Shown piece after piece: positions 59,101 to 64,000 of a stretch of 64,000 bases of DNA. Position 1 is the stretch's first letter, and every line of letters starts with the position of its first letter. Under the pieces are notes generated by a model. That model did not search any database. It saw nothing but the letters and a program-made list of their open reading frames with translations, and was not told where the DNA came from. The position numbers and the translations under genes were made by a program. This DNA is from Lepidodermella squamata (taxonomy: Eukaryota > Animalia > Gastrotricha), in contig JBLDXI010000054.1 of NCBI GenBank assembly GCA_047495785.1, positions 496,001 through 560,000 of the forward strand. Reading direction: 5' to 3'.

Positions 59101-60604
59101 TCATCCCTGTGCCTAAAGCCGGTAAACCGCATGGCGCCGTCTCGTCTCAGCGGCCGATCTCGCTGCTCCCAGTTGACGGCAAGCTACTCGAATCGATCAT
59201 CGCGCGCTGGTTGGGTGGGTTCCTGGAGGATCTCAGCCTGCTGCCTGACAACCAGTACGCGTTCCGTGCTCACCGGTCCGCTCCGGACGTACCGCTGCGA
59301 ATCGCGCACCGCGTCCACCTCGGCCGGTCGCGTAACCGTAAGGTCATCGTCGTCGGCCTTGACGTACAGGCGGCGTACGATTCCGTGTGGAGTGCCGGCC
59401 TTGCCTTCAAACTCGCCGAACTGCCTCTACCTCGAAACCTGGCCGCCTGGCTTACCGATTTCCTGCGCGACCGGAAGCTTCAAGCGCGCGTCGCCGGCTT
59501 CCTCAGCCAGCAGCGGACTGTGAACTGCGGAGTCCCGCAAGGGTCGCCCCTGTCGCCCCTGCTGTACATCGTGTACACTGCTGACCTTCTAACTGCGCCG
59601 ACTGCCCCCGGCTGTTCCCTAGACGCCTATGCTGACGATCTCACAGTCGTCGGCGAGGGTGCGAATTTCCAGGAGGCCGAACGCTGCACCCAGGCAGAGA
59701 TCGATCGCATCTCGCAGTGGGCCCGCGAGTGGCGCCAGAAGTTTAATGCGTCGAAAAGCGAAGCAATGCCGTTTGCCTGGCGCTCGTACCAGACCCGTCT
59801 GCGCCTCGACGGCTCGATGATCCCTCAAGTTGCCGTAATTCGTGTCCTCGGCGTGCACCTTGACGCCAAACTGACTTGGAAGTCGCACGTCGACCAGGTC
59901 ATCAACCGCTGCACCCGGAACCTGTCCCACTTTCGCCGTATTGCCTGCACCCCTGGCCTCTCTCGCCGATGGCGTCGCACGGCCTACCTCAGCCTTGTCC
60001 GCTCCGCCGCCACTTACGGCAACGTCGTGTTTTGTACCGCGCCCAAGAGGCAGCTGAAGCGGCTTGATGTGTTGCAGAACGACTGTCTGCGCAGCCTGCT
60101 AAACATCCGCCGCGATGACCGGGTCCGTGTCTCGGAGCTGGAACGCCGCTGTGGCGTGAAGAGCCTGCCTGCCTTTTTCGAACAGACCCAGCGCCGTTAT
60201 GCTGCGAATGCAGTCCGGTTCGTCCTCCCACTTAGAGAAGAAGTTGAGCGACTCCGCCTCTCCGCGAACCCGGTGCCCCGTTCCCCGCTGGCCTTGATCG
60301 CCAGCAGGCTTCCTCGGGGTCCTTTGCCCACTTTCGATGTCTAATCTCGCCGCCTCTCCCTCTCCCTCTATCCTTTGCTTTCTCTTCTCTCTTCCCTTCT
60401 TCTTCCTCCCATTCTCCCTCGCTGTGTTTACGTGCCTCTCTGCTTTCGATAAATCATCCATCACCCCGCCTACTTGTGTCCACAGCGCACTGCCGCCGGC
60501 AAGCGCATATAATCTCGCGACCCCGCGTCATTGATATCTTTACTTATTTTGTCTCCCATATCAATGAACAATAAATATTTGAATTTAGAATTTAGAATTT
60601 AGAA
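56131..60604 (+). mobile_element. Jockey/I-type non-LTR retrotransposon, ORF1 through 3' tail
   Basis: 5' UTR shared with the 24.2-kb fragment, gag-like ORF1, EN-RT, (GAATTTA)n tail; true 5' end uncertain and no TSD found. Confidence 0.92.
56202..60344 (+). CDS. Single 1380-aa ORF: gag-like ORF1 (3 zinc knuckles) fused to N-terminally incomplete APE endonuclease and RT
   Basis: CMRCARFGHVEVDC, CGRCASPNHKTAQC, CVNC...H...C, helical C-terminal segment, then GDAHGGSAILV with no stop or frameshift. Confidence 0.9.
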   Translation: MAGNKGGKKKKKAAPTLSLFKALRGLDAADIANVLKVIAALKAAKGCPETLSVSGEVHMDSADESGDEPPTLTYAGAATSTASSQRPSSHPATPDPRVKPPPQGAPPAGAAPAPSTAANTGSFRTVIIDGIHGIRRNELEPKLYEAVAWLRPETVVVMASGGLRIICKTPADAQRLLDRDGFAPEAFRGSAFRVHRPGQPDPKAAKSKQADKDSRSVITARLPGFYTTDQLLKHLTNVVEIRDMPVHTPGDDPLRVVVLKTQALRDEALTLGLEFLNRRIKCRPLKDGLLPPKCMRCARFGHVEVDCAAAEKDLLCGRCASPNHKTAQCEAPRESLACVNCPDGGSPRHSSLWRGCPQFKAAKVQEAESRAARAEARRARVARQKKVTPPTAPPQPPPGRVFRVATRDLLGSAPPPPPQLPPVNPAIRNQFQTLDGARLFEMMDARLKKFEEKEVAYGQRLLRLENAFVEITGLVKAVVHAPPVRAAGGPPHGDAHGGSAILVREGAVVVSERKLALTGAKRSEWIRLDLLPGRRCEAVRMFTGYCPPSSSLDLRWFEEEFAEAARLAVPCFFGGDLNAKSPLWGKGDLWNANGFSLHHAATRLGLTVLPSPKPTHLHPSSGSLSTLDVWVLNDAAMRLLRGGAHVGDRYTSDHFVTSVAVAFPVGRRLPAVDPPAPDPFPRYDVSRADRLSFSRTLTAKLLAIQMPAPGDPFPRLATYRREVTSAIAESRDLHVPVCAPGQLRRIAMSLEMRRLLQEKRVLERALGNHVDRELCARLKDLDARFRAAQHAHLLRRDIANLRMVEALSAQHRYREAWERLRRLDRHRPPRSAGPMKLDDGRVLAPSPELADALLSQFVKPMTPYEDPAADAATRQRWADIERFVSTDPDLQRTDTLQLPGPGEFSVSQRMVADAVGRLKPFKAPGLDGISPIFYKWGGPPLQRHLRHLFNLSLGSRCVLPEWKEAAVIPVPKAGKPHGAVSSQRPISLLPVDGKLLESIIARWLGGFLEDLSLLPDNQYAFRAHRSAPDVPLRIAHRVHLGRSRNRKVIVVGLDVQAAYDSVWSAGLAFKLAELPLPRNLAAWLTDFLRDRKLQARVAGFLSQQRTVNCGVPQGSPLSPLLYIVYTADLLTAPTAPGCSLDAYADDLTVVGEGANFQEAERCTQAEIDRISQWAREWRQKFNASKSEAMPFAWRSYQTRLRLDGSMIPQVAVIRVLGVHLDAKLTWKSHVDQVINRCTRNLSHFRRIACTPGLSRRWRRTAYLSLVRSAATYGNVVFCTAPKRQLKRLDVLQNDCLRSLLNIRRDDRVRVSELERRCGVKSLPAFFEQTQRRYAANAVRFVLPLREEVERLRLSANPVPRSPLALIASRLPRGPLPTFDV

Positions 60605-63600
60605 CCGCAGTCTCACAAACAGTTACACCCGCCCGCAACTGCGGTTACCGCAGGGAAATGGATGACAGGACACGGGCATCACCACGGAATATTCCCACCG
60701 CTGCCCTGCGCCGCCGCAAACGAGTGATCAATGTCTGAATAAGATCTCGGTTATCAGTCCTAAGCGTTGTCTCAGTCATCGGCTGTTTTCAAATCTCCGG
60801 CGGATCCAGTGATACCAATGAATTTTTCGCCGAAAATGATGCTAAATTCTCACTCTTAACAACTAACAACTCAATGATGTTAAAGTTTACATGACGTTTT
60901 GTTAAACACTCAACTTGATCTGAATGGTGCAAATAAACGGCTGTTCATAGCCTAGCGATGTTGATTTTCCATGCTATGGATGTTAAGGATGCATTTATGA
61001 GTAAAAGAGATGCTAAGCGCTCTCTTTACTTGAAAGCAATCTTGCTATAAGGAATTCCTTACTAAGGATGTCCTTACTAAGCAAGACATCCTTAGCAAGA
61101 TGGCTTCCAAGTAATGACGCGGTGTCACTGGCATGCTTGGTGGGAATGGCTTACTCAACAATCCTTACTCAGACTTCGCCGCTTCAGACTGAGCGATCTA
61201 AGGATCTGATCTCAGATGGACCTGTGCACCAGAGTGAGTGTCCATAGTTATGTCTATTAGGATGACAGTCCTTACTAAGCACCAAGCTACGCTGACTTGT
61301 AAACCACTATCCTTAGTAAGGAACATGACTGATGTTACGAACAGCAGTAAACGAAATGAACTGAGCGGCTAAATCATCGTAATCTAATTTTCTTTCTGAT
61401 ATTATGAACATGTTCTAAGAGACAGCTTTGATGATAACGGTGGTAACGCCTTTGAGATCAGCTTTAATTAGTCTATAGAAGTTAGTTACGGCCTCACTGC
61501 GGACGACGAAGTATCACACAAGGATGAGAGAACATCAAGGATAAAGAAGGAAGGCAACGTGTCTTCCGCATCAGCAACATCTATGCCAGTAAATTCGACA
61601 TGTTTCCCCCCAGCTTTCCGTTTATTTACATGATATCACTGCCCTTTTCATCGTGAAACAGCTAGTTGCATTGCATTTCGCCCAGAAAAGGGTGCGTTTC
61701 TCTGATCCGCGGACTGAAACTTGAGCGACAAGTTTTCAAGGCCGCTTGTTATATCATTAGACTCCTCAAGACAGCAGAAAACCACGTTGCACCGCCTTCT
61801 TCTTGATTCCAGCGGTGGATTTCAACGGCAAGGAAGCGCTATTTAAGGCTCTTTTCACCGATTTTGGGTATACCACATTGCGAAAACTGAGACCGAATAA
61901 GAAAAAACGGCGCGGCTAAAACATTTAGCTCGCTTAACTGACTTGAATGATGCGCGGCAAGGAGCCGCACGCTTGCCGGTTACCTTAGGAACCAGGCGCG
62001 AAAACCCTGATTTCAGGCGTTTTAACCGCTAAAATTTAAAAACCGACGCGTCGACGTGGCAACGCGCGCTAAAATTCAAGGGCATCGTGCAATTGAAAAT
62101 AAAATTAAAAATTTATATTAAAAGTGATAAAAAATTATTTTAGTAAAATTATTTTCGTAAAATAGCCGGCAAATTTATTTTTCGCGACTACGGCAGGATG
62201 TTCGGTTTTAAAAAGAACACCCTGTAGCGCGATATTCTCACGGGTCTGGCAAGCTTCGCCGGTGTAACCAGCTTTGCAGGTGCACGTGTAACCCGAGAGA
62301 CTCGTCAGCGATCCGGAGCAACTATTCGGGGCGCAGTTGGTAGGGCACGTAATACCTATAAATAAACACCTTTCTAAAAATGTGAGAGGAGAATTTCGGA
62401 TTACCATTGATGAGCTTGCATTGATCACGCAGCGTAACGAGTTCGATATTGTCGAGAGTCTCCCGGAAGAACGAGAAACAAGCAACGCTCATTGCACCAG
62501 CGCGGCCGCCAAATAGTCTGTTTTCGAGACGTTTGTGCAATATAAATATGCTATTCAAAAAAGCAATTGACTTACCGCTTCCCTAATGCCAACACCGGAG
62601 TAGTTAACGGAAGCTCATTAGCGAATCCAAAGAAGTACTTATTAGTGCAGAAAATAATTGAAGAACTCGTAATATTGCTGTAAGCCAAAGCCAGAAACTG
62701 CCACGATGCTAGTGAACAAGGCACCACCTTTGATGAATTTGCTGAACCATAAGAGTAGCATTTTATGTGAGTAGCGTTGATTTGCCAACAACCTGATGCC
62801 GTCATGGCGAGGTCCGTGAACTCAAATAAAGAATAAAGGGCAATTCGTGCACGATGATTTGATCCATGCACCCATTGTCCATGAGAAACCTCCGCTGAAT
62901 ACAGTATTGGAGAAAGACACGTAGCTGGAATTGTCTCCTTGGTTCAGGGCTTTGGCGCCAGAATTCGAGTCGCCGAACGGGCCAGCTACGTCGAATAAAG
63001 TTCCGTTCAGTATTGCGGCTATACCGAATGTCGAACCACTGACATCGCGATTACTCCACAGTCCGTTCAACGGCAAAAATCCGACAATGCTGGGGAAAGG
63101 CGTTGTAATGCTATTTCTGAGTTGTGCAACGATTGACAATGGGGCCGGAGTTACAGCAGTGGCTGGAATTACAGAGCTTCATTTCGAGGCGTGGCGACGT
63201 ATCGAAATTACTCACTTATTTGGCATGTGCTACCTGTGTAGCCAACTTTACAGGTGCAGGTGTAGCCTCCCGGATTGGCCAAGTTGCCAGTACATGTTGA
63301 CGCGACACAATTTGCGGAGCATGTTATATCTGATGGAACATTAGAATTTATTCGTGAGCTTCTAGATGCGTGGCGCGACTAATTCCGGCACGGACTGTGC
63401 CAAATTAAAAGCTAACAATACGCCAGTATGAACCCGATGCTCATAACTCGTAGTATGATGGATTTCAGGGCCGTTTCACCTCTAGGGAAAAACCTGTAAC
63501 AGGTATAAAGTCACATGAGGTGTCATTCGATAGGAAATCGTTTCGATAAAACGTAAAATATTCTTCAATCGATTTGGATGATCGGCTGATTTTTCACAAT

Positions 63601-64000
63601 TTAAAATCGATAAATCACTGATGATTCATCGATCTGATGATTCATCCAATCGTTACCAGCTACTGCAAAAACTACGTCATTGACCTCACTAATATGGGTC
63701 AAGTAGTGCGCGCTTCCACTAATAATAATGAAAGTACTATGCAAACCTCAGCTGCCTCTCCCCCTAGCGTGGGGGAGAGGCCTTTATTTCTTGGGGTTTA
63801 AATGTGAGCGAGGGACGATAATTATCTGTTGAAGTTGTTGGTTTCGAGAGACGGGAAGCGCGAAAGAGCTGTTGATCTTCAAGTAGGAGTTAGTCTCAAA
63901 CCTTCGCCCAAGAACGTCGGTGGCGTAGTGGTAAAAGAGGCTGCGTGTGTAACGAAAGAATGAGGGTTCAAATCCCGCAACCTACACGCATTTTTATTTT
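57677..64000 (+). repeat. Segmental/tandem duplicate of 45560-51883 (offset 12,117 bp), running off the window
   Basis: Identity extends past the LINE tail through host-element sequence, right TIR (62224), LamG/EGF exons and the tRNA-like repeat; differences seen at 47753/59870, 47940/60057, 49015/61132. Confidence 0.95.
62242..63329 (-). pseudogene. Duplicated EGF-LamG-EGF exon block (copy D) with the same 7-bp frameshift
   Basis: Matches 50125-51212. Confidence 0.85.

Noticed and set aside
45794-60534. Many overlapping and antisense ORFs within the LINE copies
   Set aside because: Expected in GC-rich coding DNA; no recognisable motifs.

Overview
Compact invertebrate-animal genomic DNA (spliceosomal GT-AG introns, many about 50 bp; species cannot be determined from sequence). 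The left ~22 kb is gene-dense: two paralogous Cys-loop ion-channel subunits, an intronless GABA-B-like class C GPCR, a large secreted PAN/Ig-like/pseudo-trypsin protein, a secreted 7xLDLa protein, an ectodomain-less RTK-like pseudokinase, a secreted Sushi-pseudoprotease-ankyrin protein and a five-homeodomain gene broken by a hAT insertion. The right ~42 kb is a transposon-rich tandem family of secreted LamG-like/EGF genes (one intact, others damaged) sharing a near-invariant Cys-rich C-terminal peptide. It also holds several MITEs, two large TA-flanked CAGGGTG-ended elements with internal tandem arrays, an apparently intact PIF/Harbinger transposon, a CR1-group LINE, a Jockey/I-type LINE whose ORF1 is fused in frame to an N-terminally incomplete endonuclease-RT, and a near-identical duplication at 12,117-bp offset. 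All gene models were spliced and translated by eye; no database searches were run.
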